Source: a virus (Duplodnaviria > Caudoviricetes). From it: 64,000 bases of DNA. The notes under the pieces were generated by a model. That model saw nothing but the letters and a program-made list of their open reading frames with translations. It was not told the origin of the DNA and ran no database searches. This document shows positions 41,478-51,834 of this stretch, piece after piece (position 1 is the first letter of the stretch; every line of letters starts with the position of its first letter). The translations under genes were made by a program, and so were the position numbers. The stretch spans positions 32,001-96,000 of IMG/VR virus record IMGVR_UViG_3300013426_000019; one strand, written 5' to 3'.

Positions 41478-44400
41478 GTGGCAATACCAGGCGAAGATAT
41501 ATATAAGTTCAATCCAACATCGCGCCAATATCTAGACAGAGAAGGCTTAATAGAATATACAAGTAAAATAAAGAGCAAGATTGCAGAGGATATTACAGCC
41601 GATCTTGGGAAGAAGATAACAGCGGAATCTGAAGCTCGTGCTGCAGGAGATAGTGCTCTACAACAGAGTATAAACAATCTGCCTGCTAAAGCCTACTCTA
41701 AAATAACAGCTGTATCAGGATCTACAACCACAGCCGTAGAAGCTTCGGGCAAGGATAGTGAATTAAAGTTAAAAGCTGGAAGTAATGTAGCCTTAGGCGT
41801 AGATACAACCAATAAAACAATCACAATCAATGCCACTGATACAAAATATGTCGCAGCCACTACTAGTGCTCCTGGCTTAATGTCTAAAGAGGACAAGGTT
41901 AAGTTAGATGGTATTGCTACTAATGCTAATAAGTACACCTTACTTCCTGCAACATCAGATGCACTAGGCGGTGTAATGGTTCTTGCTAACTCTGGAATAG
42001 AATTAGCTCCAGACGGTAAAATCAGCCTTACTAAAGATAAGTTAGTGCAGATGATAGGTGCCTTCGCAGGAGCAACAGCATCTACAGCAGGACAAGTAGG
42101 TCTTGTACCAGCACCTGCCAAAGGAAGTACAAGCTTATACTTAAAGAGTGATGGTACCTGGGGGACACCTACTAACACAGTATATACCCACCCAAATTCA
42201 GGAGTAAAAGAGGGTACATATAGATCAGTAACAGTTAATGCACAAGGACACGTAATAGAAGGTACTAATCCTACAACACTTGATAAGTATGGTATTACTG
42301 ATGCCAAGATAGTAAGTGGTACTATAACATTAGGTACAGCCACAATTACCCCTCTAACAAGTAGCAGTGTTACGGCCACAAACAATACTGCAAGTTGGGG
42401 AAGTGCTGTAGTAGTAGGCAAGGTAGGAAGCACTGACCTCAAGTTCATAATGCCTGCTAAAGTAGCAGCGTCTATTATAGATGGCACGCTTGCCGATGCG
42501 CAGATACCTAAGCTTGCACTAGGTAAAATAAATTCTGGGGCCATAGCTCTAACAGGCGGTGCTATAGGTACTCAAAATCTCAGCGGCAGTAATAGTGTAT
42601 CTATAAATGTATCAGAAGTTAAAGAAGGATACTTAACTTGGGGAGGTAAGAACCTCATGGGCGGCTTCGGTCCTATAGATGCAGCTATGATCCCAACCTT
42701 AGGGGCTAACAGACTAGAAGCTTGTAAGGCTGCTGGTATTACAGTAGAGTATTCAAGAGATGGAGGTTCTACTTGGACTGATTATGGGCTGAGTGATATA
42801 GAAAAGAGAAGGCTCTTAGGTTCTTATAGTTCTTCTATTAAGGTGGGCAAGGCTACTAATAGCGACCAGTATAAGGCAAATTATCAAGTAAGAGTAACTT
42901 TAGATACATCGAAGTGTGGTGTATATACAAATTTAAATAAATTTGCAATATATATATCCACAGGAGGAATGCCAGGGACTTACTGCACCATAGAGGCCGC
43001 ACCTAAGGCAAGTCCAACAGCTTGGGAAGTTAAAGTTAATAAACAAGCAATATCTGGTTGGAGTGGTTGGAATATAATAAATACACCTACAATTACTACT
43101 ACTAATGGTTCCTCTTATTATGGTTGGATAAGGTTTACCTTTGGGGGCACTGGAGTAAATACCACACATCCTGAACAGGGCTTGAGTATCTTCAATATTC
43201 TGGGCTTCGGGGGTGTAGGATGGGCTACGCCATCTACATGTGCAAAATACGGGGTACCTTATAAGTATTACGCTGTAGATGCTTCTAGTGAGCCTACAAC
43301 AGAGTTCTCGGGACCAGTAAAGGTATCCAACCTCTCAGCTACAACTGTTACCACTACAACTGTCATAGGCTCCTTAGGTAGTTCAGATGGCACCATGAAG
43401 ATCTACGCCGAAAAGAATAATGAGCTTAACTTCGGTGGAAATAATGTTGGAAATAATACCATCTTCTTCGGTTTTAGAGCTAAAGACTCCAAAGCAATAC
43501 CTGCTAAGTTCGTTATGGGGGGAACCTCAGGAACAGCAGAAGTAGTAGCTACTAAGTTCACGGGTGCTCTAAATGGCAATGCAACAACGGCGACAGCCTT
43601 AACCTCTAAAGGTATAGGATCTGAAATACAACCTGTATACTTCGATGCAAACGGTAAACCTGTAGCTATAAGTTATACAATAGAAAAGAGCGTACCTTCA
43701 GGTGCGGTGTTTACGGATACCCACTTCACAACAGGATTAGTAACAAGTAACTCTGCAACGGGAACATCTAATGCAGCTGCTACTGATGGCAATGTATACC
43801 TCAACTTAAAGGATAACTCTACAATCCGTAACTCCCATAAGATTATAGGAAGTGGGGCAACCACCGTAACTAGTGATGCTAGTGGCACAATCACTATTGC
43901 ATCAACTAATACAACATACTCCGCAAGTACCGGAATATCCCTTAGTGGTACTACCTTCAGTAACTCAGGTGTTAGAGCTATCAACCCAGGCTCTGCTAAT
44001 GGTACTATATCAGTTAATACTAATGGTACTGTAGCAGATGTAGCAGTAAAGGGCCTAGGCACAGCCGCCTATGAAGCAAAAACAGCCTTCGCTCTTGCAG
44101 ACCACTCACATAGTAATTACGCCTCCTCAGTTAAAACAACAGGAACAGGAAATGCCATTACAACTATCACTCAGAGTGGAAATGAAATAACTGCAACCAA
44201 AGGCTCTACGTTCTTGACATCACATCAAGATATAAGTGGCAAAGCCAATCTCAGCGGGGCCACCTTTACGGGTGCTGTCGCTATTACGAATACTACAGCC
44301 AGCTCCAGCACAACTACAGGTGCTCTTAGAGTATCAGGAGGTATTGGCGCTCAGGGATCTATTTATGGGGCAAGGGTCTACAATGCAGTTTGGAATGACT

Positions 44401-44804
44401 TAGCAGACTGTATCCCTGTAGATGATGATGTAGAATTAGAACCAGGAAGGTGTTATTGCTTCAATGGCACAAACTACCACAAGTCCAATAAATACTTAGC
44501 AGACGGCATAATAGGAATCCACTCTGATACTTACGGCATGCATATGGGAGCCAAGCAAGGCGTTAAACAAATGGATGTTGCAGTAGCTGGGTTTGTTCTT
44601 GCATATGTAGACCAGGAATATCCAGTAGGTACTCCTCTGACATGTGGGCCAGATGGTATGTTGGTTAAAATAGAGAGAGAAGATAAGATTGAGTATCCTG
44701 AAAAAATTATAGCTACATACTGGAAAAAAGAAACAGAGGAATACTGGGGAAGTGAAACTCAAAAAGTCAAAGTTAATGGTAGAAAGTGGGTTAAGATAAA
44801 GTAA
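41478..44804 (+). CDS. tail fibre protein
   Basis: YLDREGL N-terminus, GLMSKEDKVKLDGI, AGLVPAP-like, VTVNAQGHV, TTGALRVSGGIG, C-terminal YNAVWNDLAD chaperone-type domain. Confidence 0.8.
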   Translation: MAIPGEDIYKFNPTSRQYLDREGLIEYTSKIKSKIAEDITADLGKKITAESEARAAGDSALQQSINNLPAKAYSKITAVSGSTTTAVEASGKDSELKLKAGSNVALGVDTTNKTITINATDTKYVAATTSAPGLMSKEDKVKLDGIATNANKYTLLPATSDALGGVMVLANSGIELAPDGKISLTKDKLVQMIGAFAGATASTAGQVGLVPAPAKGSTSLYLKSDGTWGTPTNTVYTHPNSGVKEGTYRSVTVNAQGHVIEGTNPTTLDKYGITDAKIVSGTITLGTATITPLTSSSVTATNNTASWGSAVVVGKVGSTDLKFIMPAKVAASIIDGTLADAQIPKLALGKINSGAIALTGGAIGTQNLSGSNSVSINVSEVKEGYLTWGGKNLMGGFGPIDAAMIPTLGANRLEACKAAGITVEYSRDGGSTWTDYGLSDIEKRRLLGSYSSSIKVGKATNSDQYKANYQVRVTLDTSKCGVYTNLNKFAIYISTGGMPGTYCTIEAAPKASPTAWEVKVNKQAISGWSGWNIINTPTITTTNGSSYYGWIRFTFGGTGVNTTHPEQGLSIFNILGFGGVGWATPSTCAKYGVPYKYYAVDASSEPTTEFSGPVKVSNLSATTVTTTTVIGSLGSSDGTMKIYAEKNNELNFGGNNVGNNTIFFGFRAKDSKAIPAKFVMGGTSGTAEVVATKFTGALNGNATTATALTSKGIGSEIQPVYFDANGKPVAISYTIEKSVPSGAVFTDTHFTTGLVTSNSATGTSNAAATDGNVYLNLKDNSTIRNSHKIIGSGATTVTSDASGTITIASTNTTYSASTGISLSGTTFSNSGVRAINPGSANGTISVNTNGTVADVAVKGLGTAAYEAKTAFALADHSHSNYASSVKTTGTGNAITTITQSGNEITATKGSTFLTSHQDISGKANLSGATFTGAVAITNTTASSSTTTGALRVSGGIGAQGSIYGARVYNAVWNDLADCIPVDDDVELEPGRCYCFNGTNYHKSNKYLADGIIGIHSDTYGMHMGAKQGVKQMDVAVAGFVLAYVDQEYPVGTPLTCGPDGMLVKIEREDKIEYPEKIIATYWKKETEEYWGSETQKVKVNGRKWVKIK

Positions 44805-44826
44805 GGAGTTCTTATCTTAAAAAAAA

Positions 44827-46337
44827 GTGAACTACTCTTCAGCTAAAGACTGAAGAGCTTCTTTTCAAAGCATCACCACTTTGATTTTCTACTTCGTAGG
44901 ATACTCCACAAATCTCTGAGTTACAAAGATTTATTTCCATATCCTCCATAGACATGACTTCTTGCTGTTCCAGCAATAGAGTTGATTTTAAATCATCAAC
45001 TAGGATTCTAATTGCGTTTTCTTTTAAATTTTGAGCCGCATTTTGATCGCGTATGATTTTTGTTCCACATTCCGGACAAATCCAAACTCGATCTTTTAAT
45101 GTTAGCTCTTTATTAACGTAACCACAATGATTACAAGTTTTACTTGAAGGATAGAACCTATCAGATTTAATCACAAGACAATTATTAAACTTAGCTTTTT
45201 GCTCAAGTCTAGTTACAAATGTATACCAACTAGTATCTACATAATTTTTGGCATTATGACTGAACTTCATCATACCTCGAAGGTTAAGATCTTCAATTCC
45301 AATTACATCGTAATTCTGAACTAATCTTAAAGTTTCTTTCTCCCTGTAATCTTTTCTAATATTAGCAATATGATTCTCAAATCGAGCAAGCTTGATTCTC
45401 GCTTTTTCTCTATTTTTTGAATCTTTTTGTTTTCTTGCTAATCTTCGTTGTAGTCTTGTTAATTTTCTATTGTTTTCTTGTTTGGCTTTTTTGAAGTTTG
45501 GAGCTTCCTCATTTAAATCATTTATATATAACGAATTAGGACTGAAGTCTAAGCCGATTGCTTTATCTAACTTAATCGTTGAATAAACATCTTGTTCTTT
45601 TTCAAACAAGATTGAACACCAGTATTCCCCACAGGCATTTTTGGAGATAGTCATGTGTTTTGGAATAGCTTCTTTGAACCAACTTATCCATTTTTTAGAT
45701 TTATCTTCAGCGTGTCTAAATCTGACTTGCTTAAGTTTGGGAATAGTTACCAGCCTATGATCCCAATCTAGACAATTTTTAGGAAGCATGAAAAGTGAAA
45801 AGCTGTCCTTGTGTTGCTTCTTAGATTTGAATTTTGGAAAACCTACTTTCTTGCCTTTTCTTTGTTTGGTTATAGATTTAAAGAAGTTGCTGAATGCTTG
45901 TTCACAGTTTCTTTGACTTTGAATCAAAGGTTCAGCTATAGCATCACTTAAGAACTCATACTTCTCTTCTCTAAGTTGTTTTGGAAGTTTGCCTTTGAAT
46001 TTGTTTCTTTGATCTTTAGGCAAATCTTTGTTTGCATTGTACCACTCAATATGTTCAGCCAATCTTTCATTATAGAGTAATCTACAACAACCAAACGTTT
46101 TATTTAGGAGAATTTTTTGATTTTCGTCAGGATATAGTCTGATTTTTAAAGACCTATGAATTATACTAATTTTATCAGACATTGATCAAACTCCTTACTA
46201 GTTTGGTTTTTGTTTGGGGATATTTTAGAACTGCAATTCTAGAATATCCTGTTTTTATTTTTATACTATAATTAGTGACCAGGGTTTAAAAGGTTGAAAT
46301 CGCTGCATCCCTTAGACTAAAGACCTAAGAGTTTTAG
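44827..46337 (-). mobile_element. second IS200/IS605-family TnpB-only element
   Basis: Right end (minus strand) AAGAAGCTCTTCAGTCTTTAGCTGAAGAGTAGTTCAC; left-end hairpin CTCTTAGGTCTTTAGTCTAAGGGATG; left boundary approximate. Confidence 0.78.
44839..46182 (-). CDS. tnpB: RNA-guided endonuclease TnpB (close paralog of 27588..28925)
   Basis: Same motifs, RuvC D-E-D intact. Confidence 0.95.
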   Translation of the reverse strand: MSDKISIIHRSLKIRLYPDENQKILLNKTFGCCRLLYNERLAEHIEWYNANKDLPKDQRNKFKGKLPKQLREEKYEFLSDAIAEPLIQSQRNCEQAFSNFFKSITKQRKGKKVGFPKFKSKKQHKDSFSLFMLPKNCLDWDHRLVTIPKLKQVRFRHAEDKSKKWISWFKEAIPKHMTISKNACGEYWCSILFEKEQDVYSTIKLDKAIGLDFSPNSLYINDLNEEAPNFKKAKQENNRKLTRLQRRLARKQKDSKNREKARIKLARFENHIANIRKDYREKETLRLVQNYDVIGIEDLNLRGMMKFSHNAKNYVDTSWYTFVTRLEQKAKFNNCLVIKSDRFYPSSKTCNHCGYVNKELTLKDRVWICPECGTKIIRDQNAAQNLKENAIRILVDDLKSTLLLEQQEVMSMEDMEINLCNSEICGVSYEVENQSGDALKRSSSVFS

Positions 46338-46483
46338 CGATTTGGGTTTTTATAAAATTATGTTGTATTAAATGCTTGACCTTATCTACAAAATAGAGTA
46401 ATATATAGATGTAAATAAGGAAAAAGCAAATTATATCAAAAAAAAAATGCGACTTATTATATAGTTCAGAATCTTATAAGGAG

Positions 46484-46987
46484 ATGAATAATAAAATGTC
46501 AGATTGGAAAACAGACAGAAGAAAAGCAGGAAAAGCAGCAGGTACAGAGGCCTGGAATGCACAGGTAGATCTTATTAATTTAGATGAGACAGCAAGACAG
46601 TTAGGTTATGCTCTTGCAGATAAGTACGGCTTCGGCGCCGGCAGTGAGGAAGGGTTACTTCTTGCAGGTTATGCATTGAGTGTTATTGGGGGCTATGATC
46701 TTGGTGAGTTCTCTAAAGATAAGGTGACCAAAGCAAATCAGATCTTCAACTCTATGGATAAAGCAGATGTCAAAAACTTCAAAGATGCTCTTAATAATCT
46801 CAAGGTTCAGCATGATGCTGCCTATGAAGTCTACAAACCAAAGGCAGCTAGACAGTTCTCCATGCAGGACTTCAATAAGGCTCTTGGATCAATTAAAAAA
46901 GGTCTCGATAGACTTGGGCTTACCGCTGACGAAGCAGAGGATGCCCTTGATAAAATTATAGATATCTTGGATACTTACTTAGACTAA
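46484..46987 (+). CDS. hypothetical protein (tandem paralog 1)
   Basis: MSDWKTDRRKA; TTGACC..TAATAT promoter-like sequence upstream. Confidence 0.7.
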   Translation: MNNKMSDWKTDRRKAGKAAGTEAWNAQVDLINLDETARQLGYALADKYGFGAGSEEGLLLAGYALSVIGGYDLGEFSKDKVTKANQIFNSMDKADVKNFKDALNNLKVQHDAAYEVYKPKAARQFSMQDFNKALGSIKKGLDRLGLTADEAEDALDKIIDILDTYLD

Positions 46988-47012
46988 AGACAAGGCGAGG
47001 ACAAATAGAGAA

Positions 47013-47531
47013 ATGTCAGACTGGAAGGCTAATAGAAGAAAAGCAGTAACTGCCCTAACAAAAGCTGGAAGATATGGATACAGCTTTGCTTACGGTAAAG
47101 CATGCAAAGCTTATGGTCTGGCAAATGCCCTTGCCTATAAATATGGTTATAAAGGTGAAAGTGTACCAGGAAGTAAGAGAACAGAACGAGAGATCCTGGC
47201 AGACTACGTAACCTCTATAATATATGAGAGGCCTCTTGAAAATGACCCTATCAACAATCCCAATAAAGGTGAAAGGTTAAATAAAATCTTTGAGTCTATG
47301 GATCCTGAAGATGTTAAGGACTTCAAAGAGGAACTTAAAGAGCTCAAAAAGGACTATGATGAAGGCTATACCGAATACAAGGTAAAGATAGGCAAAAGAG
47401 ATGTTATGGCTAACTTCAATAAAGCTATAAGTGCTATAACAAAGGGTCTAGAAGGATTAGATATAGAGGAAACACGGAAAGTAAGCGTAATGGATGAGAT
47501 CTCAAATATCTTAGAAGGCTTACTAAATTAG
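47013..47531 (+). CDS. hypothetical protein (tandem paralog 2)
   Basis: MSDWKANRRKA; shares ALA.KYG, IF.SMD..DVK.FK, FNKA..I.KGL with upstream gene. Confidence 0.7.
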   Translation: MSDWKANRRKAVTALTKAGRYGYSFAYGKACKAYGLANALAYKYGYKGESVPGSKRTEREILADYVTSIIYERPLENDPINNPNKGERLNKIFESMDPEDVKDFKEELKELKKDYDEGYTEYKVKIGKRDVMANFNKAISAITKGLEGLDIEETRKVSVMDEISNILEGLLN

Positions 47532-47793
47532 AGAGGGGGTTGTTCATGATAAAACATGGGAACTCATTGATGAAGATAGAGGTATCCTTGCTGAATAAGT
47601 ATAGCGCTTAGAAGAGCTTGAAAAAATCTATTGAAATATAGTGAAAACTTCAAGACCTAAGGTTATACTATATATGATCAAGGAAGAAAGGAGGGGTTGG
47701 TTCTTCAGATTCTAGAAGATGAAGAGGAGTCAACCCATTGTTAGTTAAATTAGGAATAAGGTATGTTAGGAGGGGAGGGCTTATGCCTGGATT

Positions 47794-48873
47794 ATGTTGA
47801 GAGGATTAGAAAATCTTAAAATAAGATTCAAGTTAAAGCTGCATGCTTCGAGCTTCTTTTTATTTCCTAGAAAAAATAATATTATAACCAATATTATTAA
47901 TCTCCCTAAAAATATAGAAAATTTAAATGCCTCTAGAAATAAAGTTACTATTGAATTAAATTTAAAGTGCAATGCAAATTGTATTTTTTGCAGCAGAGAT
48001 GCTTCGGGGGCTAATAGAGGCTTTTCCTTAAGTTTTGAAGAAGTAAAGAATATTATTGAGACTTCTAAAAGATCAGGCACGCGCATGATAGAATTTACAG
48101 GAGGTGAGGCCCTTTTAGATTCTCTTCTGCCAGATTATTTAGATTACACTCATGAATTGGGAATGCAGACTCAGCTCATTACAAATACCCTTGGATTTAG
48201 CAATCCTATTTTATGCGAGCGACTTTTACCTAAATTAGATTCAATTGAAATGTCTGTACCTTGCGTTAATGAAAATACTTATAATAAATTGACAGGAAAA
48301 AAAGCATATTTTCAATTAATAACTGCTTTAAATAATATTAAAAAATCAGATTGCCAAAAGCAAGTATTTATAATAGCCCTTAAAAGTAATCTTCCTTATT
48401 TACTAGATACCCTGGAATTTTTTAAAGATTTTAGAAATTTAAACTACATATCTATAGTGTATCCTTTATTAGAGGGAAGAATGCATTCTCTTTTTGATGA
48501 ATATCTCTCTTTTTCGGAATTCAGATTTTATATTATACCTTTTTTAAAAAGAGCAAAAGATCTAGGTATTAATATAGTAGGAAGTAAGATACCTCTGTGT
48601 GCTTTTTTTCCTTATGAAAATTTTATTTTTATAAATTCAAAAGAATTTCCTTATAAAAAAAAAGTTATACGTAAATATAAAAATGAACATGTATGCGCTT
48701 ATAGGGAAGAAAATCTACTAGACGATCGAGTAAAATATTTAGAATGTAAAGAATGTATATATAAAGATTCTTGTTTAGGGGTTATAGGCGAGTATAAAAT
48801 TCTTTTTAAAAAAATAGATCCTATTACGCGAGAAAAAAATGAAAATAGATCAAAATATTTTTCAAAATTCTGA
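47794..48873 (+). CDS. radical SAM protein
   Basis: ELNLKCNANCIFCSR, FTGGEALLD, IPLC, CKEC..DSCLGV; start uncertain. Confidence 0.88.
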   Translation: MLRGLENLKIRFKLKLHASSFFLFPRKNNIITNIINLPKNIENLNASRNKVTIELNLKCNANCIFCSRDASGANRGFSLSFEEVKNIIETSKRSGTRMIEFTGGEALLDSLLPDYLDYTHELGMQTQLITNTLGFSNPILCERLLPKLDSIEMSVPCVNENTYNKLTGKKAYFQLITALNNIKKSDCQKQVFIIALKSNLPYLLDTLEFFKDFRNLNYISIVYPLLEGRMHSLFDEYLSFSEFRFYIIPFLKRAKDLGINIVGSKIPLCAFFPYENFIFINSKEFPYKKKVIRKYKNEHVCAYREENLLDDRVKYLECKECIYKDSCLGVIGEYKILFKKIDPITREKNENRSKYFSKF

Positions 48874-49837
48874 TTTTAAATCAATTTACAGCAGGGTGTA
48901 CAATGCTGAGAGTTTAGAAATAGGTACTCTTGAGCTAAATCTCAGGTGCAATCTTTCCTGCATCTTTTGCAGCCGAGAAGCCCATGTTTTTAAAAAAAGT
49001 GAGAATTTAATTCTTCCTGAAATTTTATCTTTTATTGAAAATAAAGACATTATAGTGTTTTGTGGGGGCGAGGCCCTGTTAGATTCTAGACTTCCTTATT
49101 TATTAGAGTATTGTAAAAAAACAGGAAAAAAGACCGCCTTAATATCAAATGGCATTCCTTTTTCAGATCCTAAAATTTGCAAAAGTATTTTAGAAAATTT
49201 GGATTTTCTTACTTTGTCTGTTACCTCCGTAGATTCTAAAATTTATAATTTTATGACGGATTCCAATCAATTTTCTCTTTTTCAAAAAGGTCTTGAAAAT
49301 ATAATGAAGGACCCTCATGAGAAAAATTTACATAAAAGTATAAATATAGTATTATTGAATTCAAATATAAACTATTTGCAAGATATTCCTTTATTTTTCG
49401 AGAAATTAGGAATGCATTCAGTTTTTCTCTACTCTCTTTTATACCCTATATATTTAGGTCGTCTATTAGACTTCCCTCAGGAATTTCCTAATCCAACTTC
49501 GGAAATTTTTCAAAAAAATTTAATGAATTTATGTAATCTTTTAAAGTCAAAAAATAAAATAATTAGATTTGAAAATATGTCGAGCTGTTTTATCCCAGAA
49601 ATAGACGCGGATTTTGTGGATTCCGAAGAAAATTACGGCAAACACTCTTTTTATTTAAAAAAAATTAATAATAAATTGATATCCTACACTAGAGATAGTA
49701 TTGTTGGAACTTATAAAAAGTCTTTTCGGTGTGAGTCCTGTTTGAAAAAAAATTATTGCAGAGGTTTACCGGAAGTAGCAAAAATATTATTTGAAAATAA
49801 AATTACCCCCTTCAAGAGGGGCAATAAGGAAAAATAA
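48839..49837 (+). CDS. radical SAM protein (paralog of 47794..48873)
   Basis: ELNLRCNLSCIFCSR, CGGEALLD, CESC..NYCRGL. Confidence 0.88.
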   Translation: MKIDQNIFQNSDFKSIYSRVYNAESLEIGTLELNLRCNLSCIFCSREAHVFKKSENLILPEILSFIENKDIIVFCGGEALLDSRLPYLLEYCKKTGKKTALISNGIPFSDPKICKSILENLDFLTLSVTSVDSKIYNFMTDSNQFSLFQKGLENIMKDPHEKNLHKSINIVLLNSNINYLQDIPLFFEKLGMHSVFLYSLLYPIYLGRLLDFPQEFPNPTSEIFQKNLMNLCNLLKSKNKIIRFENMSSCFIPEIDADFVDSEENYGKHSFYLKKINNKLISYTRDSIVGTYKKSFRCESCLKKNYCRGLPEVAKILFENKITPFKRGNKEK

Positions 49838-51109
49838 ATGTATAGTTTAAAACTAGGTTCTGCTTGCAACAATGACTGCATTCATTGTAATGTAAATTCA
49901 GAAGATAATATTGAAAATTTAATTTTTGAGGAAATTCGGGAGATAGTTGATGATATTCCTCAAGGGGAAATAATTTGTCTAGAAGGAGGGGAACCAACTC
50001 TAAGAGAAGACTTTTTTGATATAGTAGAGTATTGTGGTTTAAAAGGGCATAAAATAATACTCCAAACCAACGGCACGGGCCTCACGGAAGAAATCACCCA
50101 AAAAATAAAGCCTTTTGTAAAAAAAGTATATATATCTATATATTCTTCTAATTCTTATATTCATAATTTAATTACTAGAACTCATAATGAAAAAAGTACA
50201 TTTGAAAAAACAATACAAGCCTTAAAAAATCTCTATAGGTATTCTATTCCATTCAATACGCAAACAGTTATTTCTAAAATTAATATGGCTTCTTTATATG
50301 ATACTTTCTCCTTTATTCAAAAAGAATGCCCTGGTATTTTTATGTGTCTCACTTATCCTCATCCTATTAAAAATATTTGGGAAAATAAAATTTTAACATG
50401 TGTTTCTTTTAAGGAATTGAAGCCCTTTATTCAGCCTTGCTTCAGAGATTTCGGTCCTTTTTTAATAGTAGAGTCAATTCCTCCCTGTTATATATTTCCT
50501 TTTTATCAAAATATAGGATATAATTTAGACGCTATTATTAAAAATAAACTTTTAAAAAACGAGAATTACTATAAATATGGGGATGTAGAAAAATATCCAG
50601 TTAAAAACTTTAATTTTAAAAGAAAGGGCCCTAAATGTGTGGACTGCTTTTATTTTGAGGAATGTCTAGGTGTTTGGAAAGAATATGTAGATTTGTATAG
50701 ATTACATTTCGATCTTTTTCCTATAGATATAAAAACCCCCTGGAATATTTCTTTGGATAATTTTCTACAACTTGAGATAGATGATTTTTCTTATGAGGAT
50801 ATAAAAAAGATCCTAGAAAATAATAAAAATTATAAGCCTGTTTTAATTAAGATTAAAGATTTTTCAAAAAATCTTTCAATTAAATTGAATAGGGCAAAAG
50901 CAATATCTCAGATAGTAGACAATTATTCTTTCCCAATATCTTTTTTAGATATCCCTAAATGTTATTTAGAGCCCTTTACTGGAGTAATCAACACTTATCA
51001 AAAAAATTTTGAAAAAAATTCAGACAAATGTAAAAATTGCAATTTTAGAAAGGAGTGCTTTGGCTTTGATTTCAAATTAATTGATTCCAAGATGAAGGAT
51101 TGGAAATGA
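49838..51109 (+). CDS. radical SAM protein (paralog of 10285..11865)
   Basis: CNNDCIHC, GGEPT, QTNGTG, LTYPHP, IPPCY, KRKGPKC..C...ECLGVWKEY. Confidence 0.9.
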   Translation: MYSLKLGSACNNDCIHCNVNSEDNIENLIFEEIREIVDDIPQGEIICLEGGEPTLREDFFDIVEYCGLKGHKIILQTNGTGLTEEITQKIKPFVKKVYISIYSSNSYIHNLITRTHNEKSTFEKTIQALKNLYRYSIPFNTQTVISKINMASLYDTFSFIQKECPGIFMCLTYPHPIKNIWENKILTCVSFKELKPFIQPCFRDFGPFLIVESIPPCYIFPFYQNIGYNLDAIIKNKLLKNENYYKYGDVEKYPVKNFNFKRKGPKCVDCFYFEECLGVWKEYVDLYRLHFDLFPIDIKTPWNISLDNFLQLEIDDFSYEDIKKILENNKNYKPVLIKIKDFSKNLSIKLNRAKAISQIVDNYSFPISFLDIPKCYLEPFTGVINTYQKNFEKNSDKCKNCNFRKECFGFDFKLIDSKMKDWK

Positions 51110-51134
51110 AGCTATCTTAAAATAGGAGTGAAAA

Positions 51135-51824
51135 ATGCTAAGAATTTCTTTAGAAAAAGGTGAGGAAGGGTTTGAAATCTTAAAAAATTCTTTAATTGAG
51201 GACAGAGAATCTTTTTTAGAAAATAATTTTATAAAAAATAGAAAAGATATAATCACATTGATTCTTTTGGATAGAAATGTTATTTTTGAAAGGGTTCCTG
51301 AAAAAAGTAGCTCTTTTATAAAAGATAATATTTTCTGGATTAAAGCTCAGTACCCCGCTGTGCTTTCTTCTTCCCTTGCAGGAAGATATGAAAAGCCTTC
51401 TTTATTTCCAAAAGGAGAATTTCTTATAAGTTATTTTCGCTCTTTCACCTCTGAATCCCTTGCTAAAAGGGACTGGATTATTAATGAAATTCCTTATGCT
51501 CTTATTAATTCTATTTTAAAATTAAAAGGAAATGAGGAGTATAAAAATATTCAGTTAAGGGGGCATACAGTTCTCTATAAAAATAAAAAAGTTTTAGCAG
51601 AAGAAACTTTTTATAATTCTTCTTCAGTATTTTTTGATTGTCAGATTCATCTAGATTGGAATCAGGAAAGTTGGGATATTTATGATAAATATTGTAGTGA
51701 ATTTAAAAGTGCATATGAAAAGGGAAATCTTTTATCTTTATTAAATATTTCCAGAGAAGAATTTTTAAAAGTTTTTATATCCGAATTGGAAAATTTGGAA
51801 TATTTTATTAAAATAATGGAGTGA
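51135..51824 (+). CDS. hypothetical protein, possibly remote lipoate/biotin-ligase fold
   Basis: GHTVLYKNKKVLAE weakly resembles the NDIL.NGKK.G motif. Confidence 0.35.
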   Translation: MLRISLEKGEEGFEILKNSLIEDRESFLENNFIKNRKDIITLILLDRNVIFERVPEKSSSFIKDNIFWIKAQYPAVLSSSLAGRYEKPSLFPKGEFLISYFRSFTSESLAKRDWIINEIPYALINSILKLKGNEEYKNIQLRGHTVLYKNKKVLAEETFYNSSSVFFDCQIHLDWNQESWDIYDKYCSEFKSAYEKGNLLSLLNISREEFLKVFISELENLEYFIKIME

Positions 51825-51834
51825 ATTAAATTTT

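Noticed and set aside
41693-44062. Long antisense ORFs (283 aa, 129 aa) within the tail fibre gene
   Set aside because: Expected from Thr/Ala/Gly codon bias on the coding strand
47693-47735. Imperfect long hairpin GGGTTG...CAACCC before island 2
   Set aside because: Could be a terminator or chance; no second copy or family resemblance
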